A DNA stretch of 64,000 nt from positions 124,001 to 188,000 of the forward strand of contig OZ237744.1 in the NCBI GenBank assembly GCA_965178125.1. Reading direction: 5' to 3'. Under the pieces are notes generated by a model. It was not told the origin of the DNA, did not search any database, and saw only the letters and a list, made by a program, of their open reading frames with translations. Of this stretch, positions 12,894-26,019 are shown piece after piece. How positions within the stretch are numbered: the first letter of the stretch is position 1; each line of letters begins with the position of its first letter. Made by a program: the position numbers and the translations under genes. The stretch comes from Bilabrum cf. latius. Its lineage: Eukaryota.

Positions 12894-14163
12894 GGCCGGC
12901 ACTTGACAAGGAGCATACAGGCTTGGAGCCATAGCAGCACCTGGATGGCAACCAGTCCGTTGGTGCGTGCAAATTTCTGTCAAATCACCCCCGGTCACTC
13001 GCATCGGGTTGGAGCGCTGCAAGACGCTCCAAGGCATCTGTTTCAGACTTAACCACCCAAATACAACCAGACATGGCATCGAACACAGAGCCGTCGCCAT
13101 ATGCCTGAATCCACCGATGGATTTGTCCACCAGCGGAGACACACAACGAATTCTGGGAGAAGCCGACGCCTGGATTGGCATTGTCGGCTGCACCGGGTTC
13201 GGTGCCTGTGCTGGTTGAGCAGCACAGCCCTGTTCAGGCGTCCTGGAGTGTCGTCTGCGCAGCGGAAGAAGAGCTAAATAGCTCTCGATTCCACTCGAGA
13301 TCCCTGTGGGGGCTGCGAAGTGGTTATGGCCCGTTCGCCGATGTGCGCGGGAAGGTCTACGACCAAACGGTCGGGAAGGTGTTTACCGCCTCCGACGCCC
13401 GTACTGTCATTTCAGCACGGGATTTCTTCCCTTGTGGAGAAAATGGGTTCTTTGAAGCCCTAGTCTTAGCATCTAATGCTTTGGCGCCGGTCTGCCTGCC
13501 GGAGAGCAGGGCGATTGGCTTCTGCACCGTTGGTGCCACCTATATCAGCCGGGCCCGGGGACACCGAGCTCGGGAAGACTCCCAGGAGGGGGAGCCTCGG
13601 AACTATTCACATATTTACGCTGACAGTTCCAGAGACGAGCATGATTGTGTGCGTGCTCGACCCTCAGAGGGATCGCGAGTCCGGACGATCCTGGAAGTGA
13701 CGTCGGAGGCTGGAGGGGCACTCCGTGGTGGGTCTGGACCGCGCATAATGCCGGGTCCACGCAGTATGCCTGTGTGTCTACGGATATCCGAAATAAAGGC
13801 TCCGGGACTGCTGCGAAGGAGGGCTTGAAGGCGACAAAGGGAGGTCCCAACATCAGGGCCGGTACATGGGGGGCCTTTGGTCTGAAAGGGTCGGGGGTCT
13901 TGTAGTCCTCTTATGAGGGCTCCTACCGCTGCAGGTGATCACCTGAGATATGGTGCATCTGTGGCGGGTTCGGTAACTTAACCCAACAATGTATTTCTGT
14001 ATTTCTGTATTTACCTACGGACAAGACGTTGCCGCGTTCTTAGAGGAAGGCGCCAGGTACCAGGAGCGTGCAGTGATTGCGCTGATACAGCGCAGTTGGA
14101 CAATGACATGGTTTTTGCAGAGGTGCTTGTGAATGAAGGGGACACAGCATTCACAGCGCTGAG

Positions 14164-14826
14164 TCACGTAGGCAGAGATGCCACGTGGATGTATGAGGAG
14201 TCATTGAGGGCAGGGCAGTCGAGCGCATCCAGGCGATTCGCCCACTGACTGCCGTTGAGCGGAGAGAGCCTCTCCCAAAGTGGATTCTGCGCCAAATCCT
14301 AGCGCAGCGACCTGAAGGCTCGAACAGGCCCCCAAAGCCTCCATCCGCAGGCGCCAAACCCACGACATCCGGATCCACGGGCCTGTCGGCGGAAAGCTGC
14401 GTCCCTCTGACGGAGCCTCTGTTCCCTGTCGGCGCCCACCTCTGGGGACGCTACGTATTGCCGCGTTGGTCCCGTGGCCATCGTCTGCCTTCCTCGCACC
14501 GCCTTGCGGAACTGGATGCGCGGCGTGCTGTCCACGGTCAGCGACAGACCCACCCGCGGGAGTAGGTCCTCCGACCTTAGCCTAACAGAGGCCCCCACTG
14601 ACACGGAGGGGTCTTCCCTGTGGCAGAGCACGGCGGCCACGCCCGAGTCATGAGTACCTACCTTGGCCTTGAGCAGCACACTACGGTTCAGCTGGAAGGA
14701 ACCGCCCACCCGTAGCTCCGGAGTGCGTCCGCCCACGCCCACGTCGATTGGCTGTGTGTACGACAGTCCCATGTCTGCGTAGCTGTAGATGTCCTTGACA
14801 TGGCCCGGTTCCAAGTGGAGCACCAC
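14164..14826 (-). pseudogene. C-terminal fragment of a porin-like beta-barrel protein; possibly truncated or pseudogenic
   Basis: Amphipathic strands IYSYADMGLSY, LRVGGSFQLNRSVLLKAKVG and PSVSVGASV..RVGLSLTVD resemble eukaryotic beta-barrel C-termini. There is an in-frame TGA at 14830, no convincing 5' exons, and a probable frameshift near 14380. Confidence 0.35.
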
Positions 14827-15665
14827 CCATCATGCCAAGGGCGATGGAGAGGATCCGGGACTAAGGGACTCAGCACAGCGAATATTGTAGTATTTTTTGT
14901 TTGTTTGGTACTGATTGAATTGATACCTGCCGGTAGGGAGCTCGCGTTCCCTTCGACGACATGATGGGTGGAGGTGAGGGCGGGCCGAGGGCGGCCGCCC
15001 TGTGGTGGTGCTGGCGGAGGGCCACCCCACACCATCACTGTCGCCGTCTTTCTCAGCAACTGCACCCGGTAGGTTACATAACGATGAAGTATGCCACAGA
15101 TCCATCAACTCTGTACGGTCAGTGGCAATCACTTCTAGTTATACCTCATTCTAGCACACTAAAGTGCACTTAACTATACCGGGGAGCTCGGCCCACCGGC
15201 ACTCACAAATAATAACAAAGAAGCATACAATAGTACCAAGTGATAGCTTTCTAGCAAGACAGTAGGACCAGATCAGTTGATCTGATCCGAATCTCTTTTT
15301 GTCTCTCTCACCGGCTCCTTGCTGTGTAGTCTCCCTGCGGAAGGGGTTGCTGTGTAGTGTCCGTTCAGCCACCTGGCTGGCTTCCCAGCTCGTGCTGGGC
15401 CGTCCCGGTATGGAAAGCCCGGCCCTACCTCTTATGTATACCTTGTCGGGACTCCCTTCGTGTTGGTTTCCCCCTTGGGGCTTCGCTGTATGCACCCCAG
15501 GATGCCGTTCGGCTTCGCCGATGGGTGAGATCTCGAAGGTGATGATGATGATTGAATGTAACGATAGATCTACGACTTTTTCACATAAATTTATCGTCTT
15601 TCCGAGCCTATCCGTGCCTATCCTGGCACACAAACTATCTAGAAGGTCTTAATTTTCCAAGCAGT

Positions 15666-18600
15666 ATGCTTGGACGACTGTTGCGTCCCTCGAGCATCCA
15701 GCGCTGTTGCATGCTTGCAGGGATCGTGATATTGAGCACCGAATCGGCCAGGGCTGCACTACAACCAGGAGAAGGATCCACGCCGATGCGTATTGAGCTT
15801 GGACTGTAGCGAAACTCCAAACGATTGCGATCAGCGTCTGCTGGAATGCCCGTTCTCGACCAGGATGGCGAGTTTGGTTCGTCAGTGTGCGAACTGGGTG
15901 CGTCTCCCTACGGTGACGCTGACTTGATCGCCGTGGCTTCAAGTGAACAGGGCGAAGTGCACTTTCTGCATGTGTCTGCCAATGCCGACGCGGTGATTCT
16001 CGGTAGAAGCGTCTTTGTGGCAGGCACATCCAGCTTCACCCTGCGCGACACAAACTCATTCGGCTCCACCCTTGCCGGGTTACCGGACTTGGATGCGAAC
16101 GGCTGCCGTGACATGATCACAGGTATGCCAACAGGAAATGGGACCGTCGGCACGGCCGCAGTGCTGCGGCTAGGAGGGCCATACTGCGACGAGGTGCTAA
16201 ACGCTACACTTCTTGTTGCTGGCGAGAGCGAGCTAGAGGGCATTACGTAGCACAAGGAATTCGGCATATCTGTGGCAAGTCTGCTTACTGCGCCATTTCA
16301 TATCGATGGCGTCGCCCGGGTGGCCGTGAGCACAGTCAGCGGAGGAGGTGAAACAGGCCGCGGAGGAATTCACATCTTCGAGCTAGCCAGCAACGGCTCT
16401 GTCGTGGGCACCCCCACCCTCCTGGCGAACGGAACGACCAAGATCGGCGCCGGGGCAGGTGGATCAGGCGTGAAGCTCGACTTGGAAGAGGAAGACCTCA
16501 CCAGGGTGGGCACCGCCCTCGCCGTGCTCCCATACGAGGGTCCGTCAGGGCCGGGCACAAACCAGCGGGAGAGGCTGGTAGCGCAGGTATACAACGACGA
16601 CATTCAAGAGGTGGGCATCGCGGTTTTCGACATTGAGCACGTGCGAGGCATCGGGATTGCGCTCCACTCTTACACGGTAATCAACCCGTACAGCAGCAGC
16701 CAGCGCCCATTCGGCATGTGGACATACGACATGAGCTTCTTCGGCAACGCTATCGCAGGGGCCGGGGACGTGGATGGAGACGGCCACTGGGACCTGTTCG
16801 TGGGCGTGCCAGCGATCGGGAGCAACGAGGGCGGCGCTGCGGTGATCCGGCTGGACGGCTCAATCCATCCGATCGAGGCGCGGGTGCTGGCCGAGAGCTC
16901 CGCAGCGGTCTGGAACACTGACTTCGAGACAAATGAATACTTTGGAAGCTCTGCAGCCCTCGTGAACTCGTCGAGTTTCGGGAGGCGCATCCTGGTGGGC
17001 AGCACTGGCTTCGACTCGGACACTGGCGCGCTCCACGTTCTCAACCGTATCGAAAACTCCATGGTGGGTGGCTACAAGGGTGACGGGTATCTCCTATTGG
17101 CGCAGGAGACGGAGGAGCTGGGTCCGCAGCTGCAAAAGATCGGAGTCACGGAGCTGCGGGAGGACGGCGAGTTCGGGCTGGCCGTGGCCACGTGCGGGGA
17201 CTGGGACGGCGACGGGGTAGAGGACTTGTTCGTGGGGCAGCCGGACATCAGCAACGAAGACACTGGGGCGGTATACGGCCTGTACATGCACCCCAACGGA
17301 ACGGTCAAAGAGGCGTTTGTTATCCATGGTGAGGACAGCGAGTTGAGCGGGTTCGGAATTAACAAGGACTCCGAGTTCGGCATCGGCCTGGCCTGCTTCA
17401 TGGAGCCCGACGTGCCCGAGAATCCATCCCCGTACGCGGGTCTCCTGCGCCTGGCGGTCGGGGCCACCAAGCACGGGACGGATGGAGTCGTCTTCGAAAT
17501 GGCGCTGCATCCCTCCAACGGAAGCATTGCCCACGGAATGGTGGCGGTGATCGACACTGCTGATCCGGTCGTGAACGGTGCCTCGAACGACGACGACATG
17601 GGCAGCGGCCTGGCATACCTCAGGAACGCCACGATCATAGTCGTGGGCCAGGACGAGAGCAAGAACGTTCTCATCCTGCGGCGTGCTCGAAATGGGACTC
17701 TTGGGCAGGTAGACGAGCTCCATGAGCTTTCCCAATCGTTCGTGGGCGACAGCTCCGACGATTACTTTGGCAACGGAATCTCTGCTTACAGCGACTGGAA
17801 CGGCGACGGGCTGGAGGACTTGCTCGTCAGTTCGGAGAACGGCCACTCCAGCGAATCGGGGGAGGTCTTTCTCGTGGCTCTGGATGTCGACGGGGCGCCC
17901 ATCGCGTACAAGGCCGTGCGCGGGGACACAGAGGGAAGGGCGCTCGTTGGCGTGACGAAAGATGGCGATTTCGGAACCAGCGTCGAGCGGGCGGGCGACC
18001 TGGACGGAAACGGCGTGGAGGACATAATCGTGGGTGCGGACGAGGACCGTGCCCCTGGCGGCAACACCGGAAGCATGTATGTTATCTTCATGGGGGAGGG
18101 CGGAGAGGCCCTGGACTCTTTCAAGATCTTTGGGGCGAACTTTGGAGGTACTGTGATGGAGCAGGACGCCATCGGAGACTCGGTGGGAATACTCAGGGGC
18201 TGCAAAGTGCCTGTGCAGGACCCCGAGAGGGCAGCACTCGAGTACTGCTTCGTGATCGGAGCGAGCGACATGCACTCCCCCAGCGACGAGTCCGGTGGCG
18301 TGTGGCTCGTGGCTCCCTTTGGGTCGCAAGAGATGCGAGTTTCAGTCACTGACGTAGAGAGCGGGAATCTGACGCTTACTGCAGAGGCCATGAGCCCCAA
18401 CGTGACCTCACGATTGTATGGCCAGGCACAGGCCAGCTACGTGGGTGACTACGATGGCGACGGGGAGCAGGAGGCTGCAATGGCCGGCGTTGATGCAGAA
18501 TACACCAGCTAGGGCGGCAGCATCCTCCTGCGTCTGTCAAACGGTACAAGCAGTCCCATCACTGCCCGTATCGAGGCTCCCGCGGGCCAACCCGCGTCGC

Positions 18601-21600
18601 TAGCGATGAGCTTCTCTGGGGCTGTCTCATCCGCTGGGCTCGTGGACGGAGATGCCGCGGAGGACATCGTGACTGTGACAGTGAACGGCAGCACCTCCGG
18701 CACCGAGCCTGCGCTGACAATCGTGCTCATGGCTCCCAATGCGGCGGCGGGGGCTCCCGGATCGCCGGTCCGCGCCAGTGACATCGTGGTGACGTGTTCC
18801 ATCGTCGCGCGATCCGTGTGCGGCTTGGGCGATGTTGACGGCGACGGGACCCCGGACGTGGCTGCTGGTGATCCGCTGCATGACAAGCCAGCTGGCGAGG
18901 ACCGTGGCCTGGTGACCATCGCGTTCTTGCGTGAGAACGGAACCGTCAGGCACTCCGTTGAGCTGTCTCTGGGCCGCACCCCAGGTCTTGAGGAGTCGTA
19001 TGCGTACGATGGAGATGCCCTGGGCTTCAGTTTGGCTGGCCTGGGCGACATCAACGGAGATGGTGTGCCCGACCTCGCTGCAGGGGCTCCACGCGACGGG
19101 AGCTACCACAGCGACGAAGAGCCCGGGATGATTTGGTTGTTCATGCTGAATGCCGACGGCTCGGTGCTGCGCGCCCGCAAGATCTCCAAGGTCTTTGACC
19201 CCCTCGTGTTCGCGACGGAGAGCGACTCGAGACTCGGCCTCGTGATCGGACGGGCTAGCGATCTCGACAACGATGGGGTGCCAGACATCCTGGTGGGGCC
19301 GTTCAAAGACAACAGCACAGAGGTGCACGGCCTGCTGTTGCGGCGGTCGGGAGACGTCAAGGAGCAGTTCAAGGTGGTGATCGAGGCTCCGGCTGAGCTA
19401 GGATCAGGTGGTTCGGTGGATCGCGTGCTCTCAGTCGAAGCAGCGAGGGGTGCCCAGCTGCAGGGCAGGCGGCTCCAGTCCGGCCAGCCCCTCACTAGCA
19501 CGAGGATGCTGCGAGGAGGCCCTTCACAGACCTATGGCCGCAATCTCAGCGCAGTGAGCTTTGGATCTGGAATTCTGGCTCTCGGTGCGCTCACGGATGC
19601 GAACAGTGACACTCGGCATGGAGCTATGGAGATCTCATTCGTGTCGGAGCCTATCATTCCCAACCTGCCCTCGTCGTCGCCTACCACCAGCATGGCGCCC
19701 TCCGTGAGCCCCAGCCCCAGTGCCAGCAACACTCCCAGCCCCAGTGCCAGCAACACAGTGACGCCGACGTCGTCCGCAAGCTCCAGCATGACACCCTCCG
19801 TGAGCCCCAGCAACACAGTGACGCCGACGTCGTCCGCGAGCTCCAGCATGACGCCCTCCGTGAGCCCCAGCAACACAGTGACGCCGATGTCGTCCGCGAG
19901 CTCCAGCATGACACCCTCCGTGAGCCCCAGCTTCGGGACCAGCCGCAGCCCCAGTGCCAGTGCCAACCCCAGTGCCAGCAACACAGTGACGCCGACGTCG
20001 TCCGCGAGCTCCAGCATGACACCCTCCGTGAGCCCCAGCAACACAGTGACGCCGACGTCGTCCGCAAGCTCCAGCATGACACCCTCCGTGAGCCCCAGCT
20101 TCGGGACCAGCCGCAGCCCCAGTCCCAGTGCCAGCAACACTCCCAGTAACACAGTGACGCCGACGTCGTCCGCGAGCTCCAGCATGACACCCTCCGTGAG
20201 CCCCAGCTTCGGGACCAGCCGGAGCCCCAGTGCCAGTGCCAACCCCAGTGCCAGCAACACAGTGACGCCGACGTCATCCGCGAGCTCCAGCATGACACCC
20301 TCCGTGAGCCCCAGCTTCGGGACCAGCCGGAGCCCCAGCCCCAGTGCCAGCAACACTACCAGCCCCAGTGCCAGCAACACTACCAGCCCCAGTGCCAGCA
20401 ACACCACCAGCCCCAGTGCCAGCAACACTACCAGCCCCAGTGCCAGCAACACTACCAGCCCCAGTGCCAGCAACACTACCAGCCCCAGTGCCAGCAACAC
20501 TACCAGCCCCAGTGCCAGCAACACCACCAGCCCCAGTGCCAGCAACACTACCAGCCCCAGTGCCAGCAACACTACCAGCCCCAGTGCCAGCAACACTACC
20601 AGCCCCAGTGCCAGCAACACTACCAGCCCCAGTGCCAGCAACACTACCAGCCCCAGTGCCAGCAACACCACCAGCCCCAGTGCCAGCAACACTACCAGCC
20701 CCAGTGCCAGCAACACTACCAGCCCCAGTGCCAGCAACACTACCAGCCCCAGTGCCAGCAACACTACCAGCCCCAGTGCCAGCAACACCACCAGCCCCAG
20801 TGCCAGCAACACTACCAGCCCCAGTGCCAGCAACACTACCAGCCCCAGTGCCAGCAACACTACCAGCCCCAGTGCCAGCAACACTACCAGCCCCAGTGCC
20901 AGCAACACTACCAGCCCCAGTGCCAGCAACACTACCAGCCCCAGTGCCAGCAACACTACCAGCCCCAGTGCCAGCAACACTACCAGCCCCAGTGCCAGCC
21001 CCAGTGCCAGCCCCAGTGCCAGCAACACAGTGACGCCGACTGCGATGCCGAGCTCCAGCATAACGCCGACTACAAGCCCCGGGGATCCAGTTTTCAGCCC
21101 CAACACGGAACCAAGCATCAGCGCTAGCCCGAAGCTCACCTGCACCAGCAGTCTCTGCATGCAAGGATTCTGCCTAGATCTGCCCGGGTAGTAGCCCTCG
21201 TTCATCTGTAAGTGCAACCAGGGCTACACGAGGGGAGCGCTTGGTTTGTGCACGCAGGCTATTCCTCAAGACCCGTGTGTGAGCAGCAGCTGTAGCAACG
21301 GCACGTGCATCGTCAATTCCAAGGCACCGGGTGCCTTCTACTGCGATTGCATGGATGGGTGGGGGCTGGATGCCAGTGGATCGTGCACTGTACAGATGGG
21401 TCCCTGCGATCCTAACCCTTGCAGGCACGGCGGCGAATGCACCGAGCGTCAAGATGACGGCTTCGAGTGCACTTGTCCGGATGGCAAAGAGGGGCTTCGG
21501 TGCGAGAGAATCGTGGTGCGAGGTGTCTGCGCCTCTTAGCCGTGCGGCGAGAGGGGGCTGTGTCTGGAGGATAATGCGTCGAGCCGTGGGTTTACCTGCA

Positions 21601-22742
21601 TGTGCGACCCTGGTTTTGGGACCGTCAGAGACGCAGGATGTCTGGCTGTCGAGAGCACTGGGACGCTTGCCTCCTGCAGTGATGGAATTCTGAACGGGGA
21701 GGAGACCGACGTTGACTGCGGCTTCGTATCAGCTGGAGATGATTCCTGCGCTCTTTGCGGGGCTGGATCAAGTTGCATCTCTACGGAGAATTGTGGCGAG
21801 GAGCTGGTCTGCAGGGAGTAGGGGAGTACCTGCGGGCCTGCAGAGCAGCCGGTCGGCATGTATGTAGAGGCTTCGGGTCTCCAGCTGCTGGGACTGTCTG
21901 TATTTCAGTTCCGCGCGATGCTTGAAGAACCTTTCAAGCAGGCGATAATGGCGGGACTGGCTTGCGATGAGGTGATCATTGAGCGTGTTGAACAACCTTC
22001 CCAAGCGGGTGGCCGCCGCGCGATGGCACCTGCCAGTCCCTTCCGTATCCAAAGGTCCCTGCAGGGAATGAATAGCTCGTCTCTGGGCGTGGAGGTGGAT
22101 TTTAGCATGCGCTTTGCTGCTGGAAAAGACGAGTTTGAGGCGCAGCTGGCTAGTGCAGCATATCTGCGGAGCGAGCCGCAGCAAGGCGGCAATGGGTTGT
22201 TGGAGGACCTGCAAGCAGCAGCACCTGCACTTGCAACGAGACTGCAGGTGTCTGCTGATGACATTGAGGTGACGAGCGAGCTGGTCGTTGAGGCAAGGGT
22301 CGTGGTGAGCGTGCCATCTACTAGTAGCATCCAGCCTTCGCCTCCTGCAGAGTCGCCCAGCGACGACGGCAGCAAGGAGGGAATCTCTACTGCAGCAATC
22401 GCAGGGATGGCAGTTGCCATCGTGGTCATGGTAGGAGTGGGAAGTGCTCTGTATTTCTATTACTGTCGGCAGCCCGCTCAACAAGCCGACCGCAGTGCAG
22501 CCATTAGAGCCGCGGACGAGCAGGCGGTGGCGAAGCCAGCCAGAGCTGAGCTAGACGTATCTGTATTAAACCCCATAAGCAGCGCTCCCTAGATCCAGAG
22601 GAGTGGGCCTAAGCCTGCTAAGCGATTATCGATCCAGTTGGGGTCCCGGGCTGGTGCAAAGAACGTGCTTCGAATCGACTACGAGAGGAGCAGGGCAGGA
22701 GGCCGGAGCACAGTGCGGCGCTCCCGCGGATAGGAAATCTGA
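15666..22742 (+). CDS. ~2358 aa FG-GAP (integrin-alpha-like beta-propeller) repeat, mucin, EGF, TM surface protein
   Basis: One frame from ATG 15666 to TGA 22740-22742, interrupted only by 9 TAG (15807, 16248, 18510, 21189, 21192, 21537, 21819, 22590, 22731). Many FG..GDxDGDGxxDLxVGAP motifs. The C-terminal part is near-identical to 10350-12079. Confidence 0.9.
20337..20984 (+). repeat. 27 x 24-nt tandem repeat AGCCCCAGTGCCAGCAACACTACC (SPSASNTT) inside the mucin stalk (~19690-21060)
   Basis: Counted directly in the sequence; only a synonymous ACT/ACC variant differs between units. Confidence 0.95.
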
Positions 22743-23015
22743 ACGCTTGCAGGCTGTTTGGCCTCTTTTTGGATCTAAGGATTACCGTGAAAACTGCTGT
22801 CGAAGGCTTGCGATCCAGCCGTCCCGGCACGACCTCGTTGCACGACGTGAGAGTGTCCTTGATTGCCCACTCGAGCTCCTGGCTCTGAGATCACACATTG
22901 TACACAGCACCCTAATCTCGCACACAGTCACACATGGTTGCAGTTGGTTTCCTCCGAGAGCCCATCCTCAAAGTTACCAAAAAAGAAAAACTTAGAGCAA
23001 GAGGTTAATAAAGCG

Positions 23016-23370
23016 AAAACTGGCGAACGCTGCCCCTCAGCGCCCGAATAGCACGCGGCTTGATTGCCGCTCGAGTCTAATTGTGACCTCTCAACTTCCA
23101 CATCCGCATGTGGTCGGTGATCCGATCCCCCTGATCCGAGTCACTCGTCACACATGCCCAACCCACACCTGCCCGGCCTGTGCCTCCCCCTTCCTATCCG
23201 CCTCATCAACCCAATGACCCCACCGATCATCTTCTCCTCCACTACTTCCTCTCCCGTTCCGGTGAACCGTCGTCCCCCCCCTCCCTCTGCTCTACCCTCC
23301 CCAACCCCTCCATTCGCCCCGCCCCCCACCCCACCCCTGCGCTTCCCCCCCCTAGCTGCTCTCTCTCTCT
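23016..23370 (+). repeat. Second copy of the ~300 nt dispersed repeat (inverted vs 12600-12893)
   Basis: Reverse-complement similarity as described for the first copy; pyrimidine-rich end. Confidence 0.8.
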
Positions 23371-23913
23371 CACTCCTCCGCATCGCTACGTCGCATCCGA
23401 GCCTGCTCCTCGAGCGGGTCCTGCGCCCACCGAGCGATCTCAATCTCAGAGACCTTGCTGGCCTCACTAACCATGCTCCGTGGAGGATGCGCCGGGGTGT
23501 TGCTCAGCTTCAGGCCGGCCATGTCGCACGGCTATCAGCCCTCTGTATGCCAATCTTGGTGGCCCTGCCTCCGAGGGCGTATGCTGGGCAGAAGGCGCCC
23601 TCCAGGGCCGATGCATTGGCACGGGCCAGCATCTCCCTCAACTCAGTGAGTCAACTGACCTCGGTGCCGCCTCTTTGCAGCGACACCCAGGAGGCAGACC
23701 TCCAGAGGATATCGCTCTCTGGCGTGGCCATGCGGAGTCCGTTGCATTTCAATAGGACCGCGTAGTCAAGCCTCTTGGTTGTACTATTAATGCCAATATC
23801 GCATCGCCCTCGAAAGTCGCGTGTTGATTGAATCCGATATCATCTGGGTGCACGCTATAATTGACAGTACTGTTCGGATCACCAATAGTCGAATAGTTTG
23901 GTAAATAGTAACT

Positions 23914-26019
23914 ATGCCTCGTACTGTGGCTTTTGGGTTGGTCACCATGGGCGTCCATGTGGCAATAGTAGGCTGTGCATGGGCAACTTCATTCTCGCTC
24001 AAGTACATGCAGCAATACAGTCCAAAGTTTTAGTCGCCACCCGATGTCATGTGGAACTCGGCGCCCATGACTGACTACAACCTAGCGCACAACTCCCACT
24101 GGCTTCGGAACGTTTCCGATCCAATCGTTTCACTGAGCGGATGGGGCTGGCCGGCGAGCGAGGGGGCGTCCAGGACGTACCTTTTCACCAAGCAGCTGTC
24201 GACAGTTCGGCTTCTTGGTGGGTGGTCAACACAGATGGCTCACAACGCATCGGGAGGACCGGAATCGTTCGATGTGGTGTATCGATGCAGCGGCAACGCC
24301 TCGCTGTGCTATCGCTTGGACTTGCTGTGGGCTCGGCTGGACCCGCTCATCATAGAGAGCAAGATCACGCCGGTCTTGGTGCTGGACAACGTGCCGTACT
24401 GCTTTGTGCGAAACTCTAGCGTTGGGACCTACGGCCAGAACCAGGCGCCCGACGACCCGTCTGAGTACGCGTCAGCCATCGCGCACATCATTCGAGCCAT
24501 CGTGGCTCGCTACGGCGAGGCGGAGGTCCGCAAGTGGCTCTGGCGGGTCGCCACGGAGCCAAACACGTACCCGGGACACTGGGCCTCCGGCCCTCAAAAG
24601 TACAGCATCATGTATGACTGGGTGGTGCAAGCCATCTGGAGTGTCCTGCCCGGCGCGGCCATCGGTCCGGGGAACTTCTGCCCCTTCTACCTTCCACAGA
24701 TGGGCTGCACCAACACGCTCGTCCCCGTCGTGGAGCCCATCATCACGCACATTACAGAGGGCACAAACAACGCCACGGGCCGCAGCAACAAGGACTTCAA
24801 AGGCGGCAACATCGCCTTCCTGGCCATGTCCTTCTACGGGTCGTACGCTGGTGGGCGCAAGGGCAACGAGAACTCGGGGTATGACCCCACCATGGGGGCG
24901 CTTTCCGCCGCGGGGATGCAGCTGCTACAGAGAGACCACCCGGAGTAGCTTGGGAACAAGCCGACCTACTTTTTCGAGTACGGCAATCTGGGCGACGGAA
25001 ACGGCCGGAATCGAACCGGGGAGCCTGGCTCTTTCGGCGCCTCGTGGACTCTGGCCTCGTCGGTGCAAGCCATCCAGCGCAACGTGAGCCGCATCTTCCA
25101 CTGGGGCAACGCGGAGGGGCTGGGAGTACCCGGGGAGGAGGTGCACACGCTGCTGCAGAGCACGGCGTGGTTCTAGGCAGCCGTGAATGGGCTGGGGGGC
25201 ACGGCCGGCGCCGGCGTGCTGTTTACTCCCACCGACGGCAGGGACCAGCGAATGGAAGAGGCGGAAGAAGCCCACCTTCGTGCCGAGAGGATGCTCTCGG
25301 ATGGCGACAAGGGCGGCGCCCATGTCCTGGAGTCCCGCGTGCAGGTGGTGACCCAGCGAACAGGGGCGAAAGTTCGCTGCCCCGTGGCCTCGCTGGTTAC
25401 AACCGATGAGACGGACCGATCATCACCGCAGCGTCCCGCCATCGTGGGCTGCAGCCTACCAATACTCGCCGAGGAGAACGAAACCCAAGGAACGTTCGTT
25501 GGGAACACGGCGAACCTGAGCGCGTCTGGGTTCGGTGCGCGCCTGGGCGAGCAGGAGGGCAGCGGCATGGCGTTCGCCGTGTCGGTGTTCAACACGGACC
25601 GCACGCAGGGCGGCACGGCTGAGGTGAACCTCCTGTGGGAGTGCGGGTCTGGTCAGCCGACCGCCTGCAGCACGACGACTTCTTCATCTTCTTCATCTTC
25701 GTTTTCAGTGACGATGCAGCAGCTCAACTCGAGCAGCTCCCCCTACGATTCGGTCGCGATCGAAGGGGCGCCCAAGGGCTGGGTCTGGCCTTGGGTGAAG
25801 GACTATAGGTACGGTCTCGGCCAGATGCTCACACCGGCGGGGTAGGCTGCAATCCGAGACGGCGAGGGAAAGAAGCTTCTGGACATGCAGGCGAGGTCGC
25901 TGCAGCAGTACGCGGTGGACGGCGCTTCGCCGACTTGCGACCAATCCCATGCCGAGTGCTCGCTTCGGCTGGAGCTGCCAGTGCACTCGGTTTCGATCGT
26001 GCGGATCCGGCCGAACTGA
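23914..26019 (+). CDS. Secreted clan GH-A glycoside hydrolase, GH39-like (beta-xylosidase/iduronidase-like)
   Basis: Signal peptide MPRTVAFGLVTMGVHVAIVGCAWA. Motifs ARYGEAEVRKWLWRVATEPN (acid/base region), FFEYG (nucleophile-like) and C-terminal LELPVHSVSIVRI. Frame broken only by TAG at 24031, 24946, 25174 and 25843; ends TGA. Confidence 0.75.

Noticed and set aside
13175-13828. 217 aa ORF as a genuine gene or transposase
   Set aside because: No recognisable motif or ATG context; treated as unexplained, possibly decayed element sequence.
20337-20984. CRISPR-like array
   Set aside because: The units are contiguous with no unique spacers and lie inside a eukaryotic coding frame.
8410-21217. 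Long antisense ORFs (714, 687 and 561 aa Leu/Val/Gly-rich) and alternative-frame PAPVPATL ORFs
   Set aside because: They are shadows of the stop-free mucin repeats.
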